Part shown: positions 1-14,885 of the stretch, in pieces
How positions within the stretch are numbered: the stretch's first letter is position 1
Layout of the letters: each line of letters opens with the position of its first letter
DNA from: an uncultured beta proteobacterium
GTDB lineage: Bacteria > Pseudomonadota > Gammaproteobacteria > Burkholderiales > Rhodocyclaceae
Assembly (NCBI GenBank): GCA_963822375.1
Contig: CAWGHV010000032.1
Coordinates: forward strand, 12,442 to 76,441
Direction of reading: 5' to 3'
Length of the DNA stretch: 64,000 nucleotides
Position numbers and translations under genes: made by a program
Notes under the pieces: generated by a model
The model's input: only the letters and a program-made list of their open reading frames with translations
Told to the model about the DNA's origin: nothing
The model's database searches: none

Positions 1-2460
<2,460 letters not shown>

Positions 2461-2505
2461 GGAGAGGTACGCGTGACGGCGGAAAACCGCCGATTATAGC
2501 CAACG

Positions 2506-3244
2506 CTACTCGGTACTCCCCGCCGGGCGGTCGGTGTTTTCCAAGAGCTCGGCCACTCTGGCCTGGATGGACTGGCCGAACTGGTCGCTCGCCTGCCGCG
2601 CGATGCGCTCTGCGGCGGCGTCCAGCTCTTTCGACAGGAGTTGCGGGAGGGCAACTTGGAACCAGCCTTCCAGGATGGCATGGACCTGGGGCGCGAGTGC
2701 GCTCAGCGTCTGGTGCAGGCGCAACGGCAGTGCCTCGGCGACGCCGGCGGCGACCTCGTTAGGCACCCGGGCGGCCAGCTCCTCGGCCAGGCGTTGCGGT
2801 AACAGCGCCGTGAAGCGTGCTTCGACTTCCTGAGGCAGTCGTGCGGCGATTTCTTGATCGAGACGCGCGGGCATGTCCTGTTCCACGCGTGCCGCGACGG
2901 CATCGGGGAGGCGGCGCGCGAGTTCTTCCTCGACCCGCACCGGTAATTCCCGGTCGCTTCGGGCGGACACCTCCTGCTCGAGCCGCGCAGAGAATTCCGC
3001 TTCGAGTCGCGTAGCGACATCCTGCTCGAGGCGCGCGGCGAATTCCGTCTCGAGTTGTGCCCGTATTTCGCGCTCGAGGGGTTCAAGCTCGGTGACGGAT
3101 GGCAGGCCTTGCACGCGCACCAGACCGAGGGCGGGCAGTTCGTCGGCGCCGACGACATCGGTCAGCAGCGGGATATCGTCGTCTTCGGGTATCGGCGCCG
3201 CCGCGGCGACGAACGAACGGTCGCGGCGCATGAAGGCATCCGCT

Positions 3245-3264
<20 letters not shown>
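2506..3264 (-). CDS. hypothetical Ala/Glu/Arg-rich protein with about 14 tandem octapeptide repeats
   Basis: 252-aa ORF between valS and holC. Its core reads EQDVATRL EAEFSARL EQEVSARS DRELPVRV EEELARRL PDAVAARV EQDMPARL DQEIAARL PQEVEARF and so on. I recognise no family. Confidence 0.6.
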
Positions 3265-5192
<1,928 letters not shown>

Positions 5193-5336
5193 GGCCTCTG
5201 CTCCTCTTTCCCCGCTCCTCGAAGCATCTGACCGGATCTCATCTCAAGCCCTCGAATCCTTGCGCGCGAGCGATGGCGGTGAATCGGTTTAGCGTACGAC
5301 GCACAGCGCGCGAGTGCTTGAAATGAGTTCCGCATT

Positions 5337-6473
5337 TTGAAACCCGGCGATTATCCCTATTCTGCGCGCGAAAAGTCAAAAGGCCGCGGTGGTACGGTCT
5401 TTCATCGTGCGGCACTGCGTGAGCTGGCCAATATCGCCGGCGGCGTGTTCGTCGCCCTATTCGCGATCCTGCTCACCACGCAATTGATCCGGCTACTGAA
5501 CCAGGCCGCCGGCGGCAAGCTGGCCTCCGAGGCGGTGGTGGCCCTTCTCGGGTTCGGCGCGCTCAACTACCTGCCTATCCTGCTCTCGCTCACGCTGTTC
5601 GTCTCCATCCTGCTCGCCTTGTCGCGCAGCTACCGCGACTCGGAAATGCTAGTGTGGTTTTCTTCTGGCCAATCGCTCACCGCCTGGATTCGACCGGTTT
5701 TGGTTTTCGCATCTCCGCTAGTCTTGGCGGTGGCCGCGCTCTCGCTCGTCTTGTCCCCATGGGCGGTGCGGCAGAGCGCGGAGTATCGGGAGCGGCTCAC
5801 TACTCGCGAAGACGTTTCGCAGGTCACTCCGGGCGCGTTTCGGGAATCCTCCGGTGCCGACCGCGTGTTCTTTGTCGAGTCGGTCTCGGGCGAGGAAGCC
5901 ATCGTCAGAAATATCTTCGTCAGCTCGATTCAGAACGGCAAGCTCGGCATCGTGGTGGCAAGCGAGGGTTATCAGGAGGTCCAGCCGGACGGCGGGAAGT
6001 TCTTGGTGCTGCTCAACGGCCGTCGCTACGAGGGCACTCCCGGCACGCCGGAATACCAGATGATGGAGTTCGAGCGCTATTCGGTACGCATCCAAAGCAA
6101 GGAAGCCGGGCGCGTCGAGGATTCGCCGAAAGCCATGAGCGTGGCCGAGCTCACACGCAACCCGACCAATCCAATGAAGGGCGAACTACTGTGGCGCGTC
6201 GGCATCCCGCTCGCCGCGCTCAACCTCGCTCTGCTTGCGATACCCTTGTCATTCGTGAATCCGCGCGCCGGCCGCGCGAACAACATGGTGATGGCGATTC
6301 TCGCGTACATGCTCTATAGCAACTTGATCAGCGTCTGCCAGGCCTGGGTCGTGCAGGGTAAGCTGAGCTTCGCGGTCGGGGTATGGGCGGTGCATCTGTT
6401 CATGTTCGTGCTGCTCATCGCGCTGTTCTTCCGCCGGATTTCGGTGCATTCCTGGTTGCGCCTGCGCCGATGA
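5337..6473 (+). CDS. lptF: LPS export ABC permease LptF (YjgP/YjgQ family)
   Basis: FHRAALRELANIAGGVFVALFAILLTTQLIRLLNQAAGG is a typical LptF N-terminus. The protein has multiple TM segments and an ATGA overlap with lptG, and it diverges from pepA. The exact start is uncertain (TTG 5337 taken from the ORF track). Confidence 0.85.
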   Translation: MKPGDYPYSAREKSKGRGGTVFHRAALRELANIAGGVFVALFAILLTTQLIRLLNQAAGGKLASEAVVALLGFGALNYLPILLSLTLFVSILLALSRSYRDSEMLVWFSSGQSLTAWIRPVLVFASPLVLAVAALSLVLSPWAVRQSAEYRERLTTREDVSQVTPGAFRESSGADRVFFVESVSGEEAIVRNIFVSSIQNGKLGIVVASEGYQEVQPDGGKFLVLLNGRRYEGTPGTPEYQMMEFERYSVRIQSKEAGRVEDSPKAMSVAELTRNPTNPMKGELLWRVGIPLAALNLALLAIPLSFVNPRAGRANNMVMAILAYMLYSNLISVCQAWVVQGKLSFAVGVWAVHLFMFVLLIALFFRRISVHSWLRLRR

Positions 6474-7543
6474 AGGTCTACGTCAGATACCTGGCCAAGG
6501 AGATTTACGCGGCAACCGGGTTGGTGCTGCTGGCCTTTCTCATGCTTTTCGCGTTCTTCGACTTGGTTGCCGAACTCGACGACCTGGGCCGCGGCGGCTA
6601 CCAACTCCACCACGCCGTGCTGTTCGTCCTCCTGACCATGCCGGGCCGGGTGTATGAGCTGGCGCCGATCGCCGTGCTCATCGGCAGCCTGTACGCCTTG
6701 ACGACGCTGGCGCGCCACTCCGAGATCACTGTGTTTCGCGCGTCGGGAATGTCCACGCTGGGGCTGCTCGGCGCACTCGCGCGCATCGGGATGCTTTTCG
6801 TCGCGGTGACGTTTCTGTTTGGCGAGTTCGCCGCGCCCTACTCGGAGCGTGCGGCACAGCAGTTGCGGTTACGGGCGACCAGCTCGGTCGTCGGGCAGGA
6901 GTTCCGCTCCGGCCTCTGGCTGAAGGACGAGAACACATTCGTCAATGTGCGCACGGTACTGCCGGACAGCAAATTGCGCGACGTGCGCATCTACGATTTC
7001 GACCGCGACATGGTGTTGCAGGGGATATCCGAGGCTGCGGAAGGGGAATTTGTGCCGCCCGGACGCTGGCGGCTGAAAGGCGTGACCCAGACACGGATCG
7101 AGGGCGACCGTGCGAGCGTGACGCAGCAACCCGAACTGCTGTGGCGCTCGGCGCTCAACCCGAACATTCTCAGCGTGCTGCTCGTGGTGCCGGAGCGGAT
7201 GTCGCTGCGCGACCTGTTTCTTTTCACGCGGCACTTGGCGGAGAACCAGCAGCGCACCGAACGCTACGAAATTGCCTTTTGGAAAAAGCTCATCTACCCC
7301 CTGGCGGTGCTGGTGATGATGGCGCTGGCGGTGCCGTTCGCGTTTCGCCTCGACCGCCTCGGCGGCATCAGCATCCGTATCTTTGCCGGCATCATGATCG
7401 GGATCTTCTTCCACATGCTCAACGGGCTGTTCTCCAGCCTCGGCGTCATCAACAACTGGCCGCCGGTGTTCAGCGCCATCACACCGAGCCTGCTGTTTCT
7501 GCTCGCCGCGGCAACGCTGTTGTGGCTGGAGGAAAAGCGCTAG
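6470..7543 (+). CDS. lptG: LPS export ABC permease LptG
   Basis: MKVYVRYLAKEIYAATGLVLLAFLMLFAFFDLV.. is a YjgP/YjgQ paralogue immediately after lptF. The ATG at 6470 overlaps the lptF stop. Confidence 0.88.
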   Translation: MKVYVRYLAKEIYAATGLVLLAFLMLFAFFDLVAELDDLGRGGYQLHHAVLFVLLTMPGRVYELAPIAVLIGSLYALTTLARHSEITVFRASGMSTLGLLGALARIGMLFVAVTFLFGEFAAPYSERAAQQLRLRATSSVVGQEFRSGLWLKDENTFVNVRTVLPDSKLRDVRIYDFDRDMVLQGISEAAEGEFVPPGRWRLKGVTQTRIEGDRASVTQQPELLWRSALNPNILSVLLVVPERMSLRDLFLFTRHLAENQQRTERYEIAFWKKLIYPLAVLVMMALAVPFAFRLDRLGGISIRIFAGIMIGIFFHMLNGLFSSLGVINNWPPVFSAITPSLLFLLAAATLLWLEEKR

Positions 7544-7580
7544 CCGGTCGAATCAGGCGCGTCGCATGATTGCGCCGAGC

Positions 7581-8060
7581 CTACTTGCCGGTATCGATTA
7601 GCCGCGTTCCGGCCAACCGGTCGTGCAGAAACTGGCGGTCGCGGTCGAGCAAGGCCCACATCATGCCGGCGCCGAAGAACCCGATCGACGGCCAGCATAG
7701 CAGGTACCGCAGCACGGCCCGCGGCCACGTAAGTAGCGTGCCGGATGTGGCATCGACGACCCGGATGCGCCAGGTGCGCATCGCCAGAGTCTGGCCGCCA
7801 TGACACCAGAACCAGGTGCAGTAGGCGCCGAGCACCGCGGCCAGGTGCAGCCACTCGAACCAGCCCGGCGCGGAAGCTTGCCAGATCACGCCGATGATCA
7901 TGTGCGGCACGATGAATGTGAGCGCAAGTACGCCGATGATCAGCAGGCATTCGTAGAGCATGCTTGCAACGCGGCGAAAGAATCCGGCGGCCGGCGCGCT
8001 GCGGCCATTCGAGCCGGTTGTCGCCGGGCTGGTGCCCTTCGGCGCGCCGCCTTCCCTCAA
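7581..8060 (-). CDS. RDD family membrane protein
   Basis: GFFRRVASMLYECLLIIGVL..GQTLAMRTWRIRVVD..LLDRDRQFLHDRLAGTRLID has the RDD-domain architecture. The TTG start overlaps the stop of the upstream DUF3106 gene (TTGA). Confidence 0.75.
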   Translation of the reverse strand: MREGGAPKGTSPATTGSNGRSAPAAGFFRRVASMLYECLLIIGVLALTFIVPHMIIGVIWQASAPGWFEWLHLAAVLGAYCTWFWCHGGQTLAMRTWRIRVVDATSGTLLTWPRAVLRYLLCWPSIGFFGAGMMWALLDRDRQFLHDRLAGTRLIDTGK

Positions 8061-8668
8061 TGTGCGGGCGTGTTGCTAGACGCTGGGAGCCCCGGCGTTG
8101 CCGGGGTGGGAGCAAGCGCCTCGGCGGCCGGTGGCGTGGGAGCCGCGGCGGGCGTAGGCTGGGCAGGGGCGGGGGCGGCAGCCGGCATTCTCGGCACGGG
8201 TATTTGTCTTGTCGCCGGCAGGCTCAACGGTGCGGGCGGTTTGGCACTGGGAATTCGTTCGGCGCGACGCGGCCGCGCGGCGTCGATGAGTCTCATGCGT
8301 TCTTCTTCAGGCAGCGTGGCGTATTCGAACCACTGCTGCTTGAGCGCCTCGCGCGCTTCTGGATGCAGGTTCTGCACGTTGCGGTAGCGCTCGCGCGCTT
8401 GGCGCCGCTGAGCCGGCGTTAGCCCGGTCCACTGCTTCATGCGCACGTGCAGCCGCTGCTGCTCTTCGGCGGACATGCGGGGGTAGCGCTCGGCGATGCC
8501 GAGCCATTTCCTGCGTCGGAAGTCCTCGAGCTTGTCCCACTCGTCCGCCAAAGGCGCCAGCGCCTCTCTGTCCTGCGCCGACAACGCCGCCCACTGGGGT
8601 GGGACGAGCTCCGGACTCGCGGCGAGCAATGGAGCGGAAAGCGCGAGCAGGGCGCTCGCGACTGCCAC
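8057..8668 (-). CDS. DUF3106-like secreted protein with repeated LTxxQ-like motifs
   Basis: A signal-like VAVASALLALSAPLLAA is followed by WAALSAQDREAL, MSAEEQQRL, LTPAQRRQARERY, LHPEAREALKQQW and LPEEERMRL. The start is uncertain (GTG 8668 chosen, with no ATG in frame nearby). Confidence 0.65.
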   Translation of the reverse strand: MAVASALLALSAPLLAASPELVPPQWAALSAQDREALAPLADEWDKLEDFRRRKWLGIAERYPRMSAEEQQRLHVRMKQWTGLTPAQRRQARERYRNVQNLHPEAREALKQQWFEYATLPEEERMRLIDAARPRRAERIPSAKPPAPLSLPATRQIPVPRMPAAAPAPAQPTPAAAPTPPAAEALAPTPATPGLPASSNTPAH

Positions 8669-8670
8669 GC

Positions 8671-8773
8671 GGCGCGCTACCCACCCAAAAAGCCTATCGC
8701 TCCTGCCACACCGCGTATCACGCGGCCGGAGAATCGGCGCGCTACCCCCCCCCAAAAAACCTATCGCTCCTGC
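8671..8773. repeat. two copies of a roughly 36-bp direct repeat flanking a small hairpin
   Basis: Copy 1 is ggcgcgctacccacccaaaaagcctatcgctcctgc (8671-8706). Copy 2 is ggcgcgctacccccccccaaaaaacctatcgctcctgc (8736-8773). Copy 2 carries a C9A6 run and includes the last codons and stop of the DUF3619 gene. The spacer contains ccgcgtatcacgcgg. Confidence 0.85.
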
Positions 8774-9138
8774 GAGGTACGCTCTAGCCATGCGTCGAAA
8801 CCCCGGTCGAGATAGGCGCTGATCGGCAGCTCGTCCGACAGCAACGCGGTATCGATCACCTCCATCTCGCCAGCGCGTTGGTGGTCGCTCCAGTAGTTCC
8901 AGCCGACGATGCCGAGGGCCAATGCAACCACTGCGACGGCACTGCGCATACGCGGCAGCCATAGCACATGCGAGAGGTGGCCGACTCCGACCAGGCTCAG
9001 ATTCGACGATATGGCGCCATGGCGCGCAAGGGCCTGCTCTCGCGCCGCATGCAGTCTGGCGGCGATGCTCGTATCGAGGTGATCGGTGCCATGATTCAGT
9101 CGATGCTTGATCTTGTGAGCGGCTTCTAGTTCGTTCAT
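8761..9138 (-). CDS. DUF3619-like single-pass membrane protein, putative anti-sigma partner
   Basis: MNELEAAHKIKHRLNHGTDHLDTSIAARLHAAREQAL.. is followed by one TM segment (RSAVAVVALALGIVGWNYW). The ATG at 9138 overlaps the sigma-factor stop (ATGA). Confidence 0.7.
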   Translation of the reverse strand: MNELEAAHKIKHRLNHGTDHLDTSIAARLHAAREQALARHGAISSNLSLVGVGHLSHVLWLPRMRSAVAVVALALGIVGWNYWSDHQRAGEMEVIDTALLSDELPISAYLDRGFDAWLERTSQER

Positions 9139-9785
9139 AGCTCGATGCCTTTGGACTTCAGGGCGGTAGCCAGCGTGCGTGTGGCGCGGGAACAGTGAGT
9201 CTTCACGCTGCCTTCGGAGCACCCCATTGCCGCCGCGGTTTCGGCAATGTCCATGTCTTCCCAGTAACGCATCAAGAAAGCCTCCCGTTGACGTGCCGGC
9301 AATTTGGAAATCTCCTTCTCGATGATGGAGAGGACCTGTGCCTGCTCGGCGCGAGCGTGCGGCGTCTCCGCTTGATTGGAGTTCGTCCCGGCGCCGAGAG
9401 TTTCCAGGGGGTCGGCGTCCTCGTCGTTCGGATTGCCGAAGGCAGACAGGAGCGTGGTCCATAGGTTGCGCACTCTCTGGCGGCGGAAGAAGTCGCGGAT
9501 GACGTTTTGGAGGATGCGCTGAAACAGCATCGGCAGCTCGGTCACCGGCTTGCCGCCATATTTTTCGACGAGTTTGAGCATGGCGTCCTGCACCGCATCA
9601 AGTGCGTGCTCCTCGTCTCGCAGCGCGAACAGCGCCTGCTTGTAGGCGCGCCGCTCGACGCTGGCGAGGAAATCCGAGAGTTGGTTGCGAGCGGCCAGCG
9701 GGGTTGCCCTTATGACCCGGTTATAATGTGCGCAGCGCGAGGGATTCCTAGCACATTCCGGCATGCCTTGACCAAAGTCGGGCAA
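9135..9785 (-). CDS. ECF-type RNA polymerase sigma-70 factor
   Basis: Region 2 reads FLASVERRAYKQALFALRDEEHALDAVQDAMLKLV..FQRILQNVIRDFFRR. Region 4 reads LPARQREAFLMRYWEDMDIAETAAAMGCSEGSVKTHCSRATRTLA. The start could instead be the internal Met at 9764. Confidence 0.88.
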   Translation of the reverse strand: MPDFGQGMPECARNPSRCAHYNRVIRATPLAARNQLSDFLASVERRAYKQALFALRDEEHALDAVQDAMLKLVEKYGGKPVTELPMLFQRILQNVIRDFFRRQRVRNLWTTLLSAFGNPNDEDADPLETLGAGTNSNQAETPHARAEQAQVLSIIEKEISKLPARQREAFLMRYWEDMDIAETAAAMGCSEGSVKTHCSRATRTLATALKSKGIEL

Positions 9786-9847
9786 GCCATTAACGTGACG
9801 AGCTTTCCTCGAGCTTTGTCCTTCTTTTACCTTACTCGGGTGCTGCG

Positions 9848-11557
9848 ATGGTCTTGACTGGGGCGGAAATTGTAATCAGGTGCTTGCAAGATGAAAAGGT
9901 CGAGTATGCCTTCGGGTATCCCGGCGGCGCCGTGCTTTTCATCTACGACGAACTGTGCAAGCAAGACAAGGTACGCCACGTCCTGGTCCGGCACGAACAG
10001 GGTGCGGTGCATGCGGCCGACGGCTACGCGCGCTCGACCGAGCGGGTCGGCGTGGCCCTGGTGACATCCGGTCCGGGTGTCACCAACGCCGTGACCGGTA
10101 TCGCTACCGCCTACATGGACTCGATTCCGATGGTGATTATTTCGGGCCAGGTTCCGACGCCGGCCATCGGTCAGGACGCCTTCCAGGAAGTGGACGCGGT
10201 CGGTATTACGCGTCCGTGCGTCAAGCACAATTATCTGGTGAAGGACGTCAAGGACATCGCGCCGACCATCAAGAAAGCGTTCTATCTCGCGAAGAGCGGA
10301 CGGCCCGGGCCGGTGCTGGTTGATATCCCGAAGGACGTCACCATCGCCAAGTGCGAGTACGACATGCCCAAGAGCGTCACGATGCGCTCGTACAACCCGG
10401 TACTCAAGGGACACCATGGGCAGATCAAGAAGGCGATGCAGTTGTTGCTCGAAGCCGAGCGGCCGATGGTCTACACCGGCGGCGGGGTGATCCTGTCCGA
10501 TGCCGCCGAGAAGCTCACGGCACTGGTGAAGCTGCTCGGCTTTCCGTGCACCAACACGCTGATGGGGCTCGGCGGCTATCCGGCAACCGACCCGCAATTC
10601 GTCGGCATGCTCGGCATGCACGGCACCTACGAGGCCAACATGGCCATGCAGTACTGCGACGTGCTGCTTGCGATCGGCGCGCGCTTCGACGATCGCGTCA
10701 TCGGCAGTCCTGCGCACTTCGCCCAGGAGGCGCGCAAGATCATCCATATCGACATCGATCCTTCCTCGATTTCGAAGCGCGTCAAGGTCGATGTTCCGAT
10801 CGTCGGCAACGTGCCAGACGTTCTCGATGAACTCACGAAGCAACTAGCAGCCGGCGGCGAGCGGCCCAAGCCGCAGGCGCTGAAGTCCTGGTGGGCGCAG
10901 ATCGACGAATGGCGCAAGCGCGATTGCCTACGCTTCGATCGATCGAGCGAGATCATCAAGCCGCAGTACGTGGTCGAGAAGCTGTACGAGGTCACCAAGG
11001 GCGACGCCTTCGTCACCTCGGACGTCGGCCAGCACCAGATGTGGGCGGCGCAGTTCTACAAGTTCGACAAGCCGCGGCGCTGGATCAATTCCGGCGGCTT
11101 GGGCACCATGGGCTTCGGCCTGCCCGCCGCGATGGGCGTGCAGCTCGCGCACCCCGGCTCGCCAGTCGCCTGCGTGACCGGCGAGGGCAGCATCCAGATG
11201 TGCATTCAGGAGCTATCGACCTGCAAGCAGTACCGCCTGCCGATCAAGATCGTGAACCTGAACAACCGCTACATGGGCATGGTGCGCCAGTGGCAGGAGT
11301 TCTTCCACGGCAACCGCTACGCCGAGTCTTACATGGATTCGCTGCCGGACTTCGCCAAGCTGGCGGAGGCATATGGCCATGTCGGGATCCGTGTCGACAA
11401 GCCCGGCGACGTCGAAGATGCGCTGCGCGAGGCGTTCAAGCTCAAAGATCAGCTTGTGTTCCTCGACTTCATGGTCGACCAGACGGAAAACGTCTATCCA
11501 ATGGTTCAAGGAGGCAAAGGTCTAACCGACATGATCCTGTCCTCCGAAGAGCTTTGA
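9848..11557 (+). CDS. ilvI: acetolactate synthase large subunit
   Basis: Intact 569-aa ORF with GAEIVIRCLQDEKVEYAFGYPGGAVL, TSGPGVTNAVTGIATAYMDSIPMVIISGQV and the ThDP motif GLGTMGFGLPAAMG. It is followed by ilvH and ilvC. Confidence 0.95.
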   Translation: MVLTGAEIVIRCLQDEKVEYAFGYPGGAVLFIYDELCKQDKVRHVLVRHEQGAVHAADGYARSTERVGVALVTSGPGVTNAVTGIATAYMDSIPMVIISGQVPTPAIGQDAFQEVDAVGITRPCVKHNYLVKDVKDIAPTIKKAFYLAKSGRPGPVLVDIPKDVTIAKCEYDMPKSVTMRSYNPVLKGHHGQIKKAMQLLLEAERPMVYTGGGVILSDAAEKLTALVKLLGFPCTNTLMGLGGYPATDPQFVGMLGMHGTYEANMAMQYCDVLLAIGARFDDRVIGSPAHFAQEARKIIHIDIDPSSISKRVKVDVPIVGNVPDVLDELTKQLAAGGERPKPQALKSWWAQIDEWRKRDCLRFDRSSEIIKPQYVVEKLYEVTKGDAFVTSDVGQHQMWAAQFYKFDKPRRWINSGGLGTMGFGLPAAMGVQLAHPGSPVACVTGEGSIQMCIQELSTCKQYRLPIKIVNLNNRYMGMVRQWQEFFHGNRYAESYMDSLPDFAKLAEAYGHVGIRVDKPGDVEDALREAFKLKDQLVFLDFMVDQTENVYPMVQGGKGLTDMILSSEEL

Positions 11558-11714
11558 TCGCTACCACGCAAGGAGCGGGGCGCGCCGGCACACCGGCCGG
11601 CGTGCCGCCGCTGTGCCATCGCACCCGATGCCAGCGCCCCAAGCACCGTCCCGCGGCAGCTTGTTGCCCCTTCCGCCGTGGCTCCCGCAACCTTCCACGA
11701 TTGCTCCGCCCACC

Positions 11715-12206
11715 ATGAGACATGTCATCTCTTTGCTGCTGGAGAACGAGGCAGGCGCGCTGTCGCGCGTCTCCGGCCTGTTTTCCGCCCGCGCCTACAA
11801 CATCGAATCGCTGACGGTGGCACCGACCGAGGATGCCTCGATGTCGCGCATGACCATCGTCACCAGCGGCTCGGATGAGGTGATCGAGCAGATCACCAAG
11901 CAACTGAACAAGCTGATCGAGGTGGTCAAGGTCGTGGACCTCTCGGAAGCCGCCCACCTCGAGCGCGAACTGATGTTGGTCAAGGTGCGCGCCACGGGCA
12001 AGGATCGCGAGGAACTGAAGCGCATGTCCGATATTTTTCGCGGCCGCATGATCGACGTCACCGAATCGACCTACGTCATCGAGATGACCGGCACGAGCAA
12101 CAAGCTCGACGCTTTTCTCGATGCGATCGAACGCGCGCTGATTCTCGAAACGGTGCGCACCGGCGTGTGCGGCATCGGCCGCGGCGACCGGGTACTTCGA
12201 ATATAA
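11715..12206 (+). CDS. ilvH: acetolactate synthase small (regulatory) subunit
   Basis: MRHVISLLLENEAGALSRVSGLFSARAYNIESLTVAPTED.. is an ACT-domain small subunit. The start was chosen at the internal Met of ORF 11613..12206. Confidence 0.93.
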   Translation: MRHVISLLLENEAGALSRVSGLFSARAYNIESLTVAPTEDASMSRMTIVTSGSDEVIEQITKQLNKLIEVVKVVDLSEAAHLERELMLVKVRATGKDREELKRMSDIFRGRMIDVTESTYVIEMTGTSNKLDAFLDAIERALILETVRTGVCGIGRGDRVLRI

Positions 12207-12226
12207 AAACAACATGGCTGGAGTAA

Positions 12227-13335
<1,109 letters not shown>

Positions 13336-13384
13336 GACATGATCGGCCGGCGTCCGCGTGTCAGCCGTCGGCACTCGTCTTCGC

Positions 13385-14032
13385 ATGAACTATCCGCACC
13401 CGATCATCGCCCGCGAAGGCTGGCTGTTCCTCGGTATCGCCCTTGGTCGCGAGCCTGCTGGTCGTGCGCTCGCGGCGGGCTGGATGGTGGAGCGTGCCGC
13501 TGTGGCTGCTCACGCTGTTCATCGCTGCAGTTTTTCCGCGATCCCGCCGCGCCGGTGCCAGGCGATCCCAACAGCGTCCTCGCCCCTGCGGACGGGCGCA
13601 TCGTCGCGGTGGAGAAGGCTGCGCGATCCGTATCTCGATCGCGAGACGATCAAGATCAGCGTGTTCATGAACGTGTTCAACGTCCACTCCAACCGCAGTC
13701 CGGTGGATGGTCAGGTCAGGCAGCAGTGGTACAACCGCGGCAAATTCGTCAATGCCGCGCTCGACAAGGCTTCGACGGAAAACGAGCGCAACGCGCTGTG
13801 GATTCAGACCGACGCGGGCCGCGACGTCACCTGCGTCCAGGTGGCCGGCCTGATCGCGCGCCGCATCCTGTGCTACGTCAAGGCCGGCGACCGGCTCGCG
13901 CGCGGGCAGCGCTACGGTTTCATCCGCTTCGGCTCGCGCGTCGACATCTATCTGCCGCCCGGCACGCTCGTGAAGGTGACGATCGGCGACAAGGTCTACG
14001 CTACGACCACGATCCTCGCCGAGTTCGCCTGA
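13385..14032 (+). pseudogene. psd: phosphatidylserine decarboxylase-related protein (short Asd/Psd type), about three frameshifts as assembled
   Basis: [20 protein letters not shown] is in one frame, [13 protein letters not shown] in another and [30 protein letters not shown] in a third. [33 protein letters not shown] then returns to the frame of ORF 13358..14032. Confidence 0.85.
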
Positions 14033-14049
14033 TTCGCGATGCGCTGCCC

Positions 14050-14814
14050 ATGACTCCGGAAATGCGACCGCGCAAGGCGCTGTTCAATCCCGAACTGCGC
14101 CGCCGCGGCATCTACATCCTGCCGAACCTGTTCACGACGGCGGCGCTGTTCGCCGGCTTCTATGCCATCGTCCAGGCCATGAACATGCGCTTCGAGTACT
14201 CGGCGGTGGCGATCTTCGTCGCCATGGTGCTCGATAGCCTCGACGGGCGCGTGGCGCGGCTGACCCGCACCCAGAGCGCCTTCGGCGCCGAGTACGATTC
14301 GCTTTCCGACATGGTGTCCTTCGGCGCCGCGCCCGCGTTGGTGATCTACGAGTGGGCGCTCAAGGGAATGGGCAAGTTGGGCTGGATCGCCGCCTTCGTC
14401 TACTGCGCCGGCGCGGCACTGCGGCTGGCGCGGTTCAATACGACGCTCGACGTCGTCGACAAGCGGTTTTTCCAAGGGCTGCCGAGCCCGGCCGCCGCGG
14501 CGCTGGTAGCGGGTCTGGTGTGGATCATGATCGACTTCAACTACAGCGGCGAGGAAGCGCGCTGGATCGCCTGTGCGGTCACCATCTTCGCCGGGGTCAC
14601 CATGGTCAGCAGCTTCAAGTATTACAGTTTCAAGGACATCAATTTGCGCAAGAGCGTACCGTTCATCGTCATGCTTGCGGTCGTCATGGGGTTCGTACTC
14701 GTGTCGATACACCCGCCGACCGTGCTGTTCGTGCTGTTTCTTTGCTATGGCCTGTCGGGCTATGTGATGTTCGGATGGAACTGGTTCAAGCGTCGGCGTT
14801 CGCAGCCGAACTGA
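14050..14814 (+). CDS. pssA: CDP-diacylglycerol--serine O-phosphatidyltransferase
   Basis: Carries the CDP-alcohol phosphatidyltransferase motif [28 protein letters not shown] and multiple TM segments, and is paired with psd. The longer ORF from 13339 is an out-of-frame overlap with psd. Confidence 0.9.
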   Translation: MTPEMRPRKALFNPELRRRGIYILPNLFTTAALFAGFYAIVQAMNMRFEYSAVAIFVAMVLDSLDGRVARLTRTQSAFGAEYDSLSDMVSFGAAPALVIYEWALKGMGKLGWIAAFVYCAGAALRLARFNTTLDVVDKRFFQGLPSPAAAALVAGLVWIMIDFNYSGEEARWIACAVTIFAGVTMVSSFKYYSFKDINLRKSVPFIVMLAVVMGFVLVSIHPPTVLFVLFLCYGLSGYVMFGWNWFKRRRSQPN

Positions 14815-14885
14815 GTCGGCCGCTCGAGCGAAAACGCAGCAACGTTGAAAGTCAGGGAGTTGCGGAACAGGCTTGAAGAGTGCCG

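Noticed and set aside
9827-10843. Long antisense ORFs opposite well-supported genes: 9827..10843 opposite ilvI, 15009..15968 opposite rnr, 33496..34695 off-frame on the arnT strand, 33597..34211 opposite arnT, 55511..56839 opposite phaE and the hydratase, 60111..60911 and 60911..61711 opposite pgeF and the ZIP gene, and 46983..48455 off-frame within the kinase gene.
   Set aside because: Each overlaps a gene with strong motif support. Their translations are low-complexity and Arg/Ala/Gly/Pro-rich. They are GC-driven open frames, not genes.
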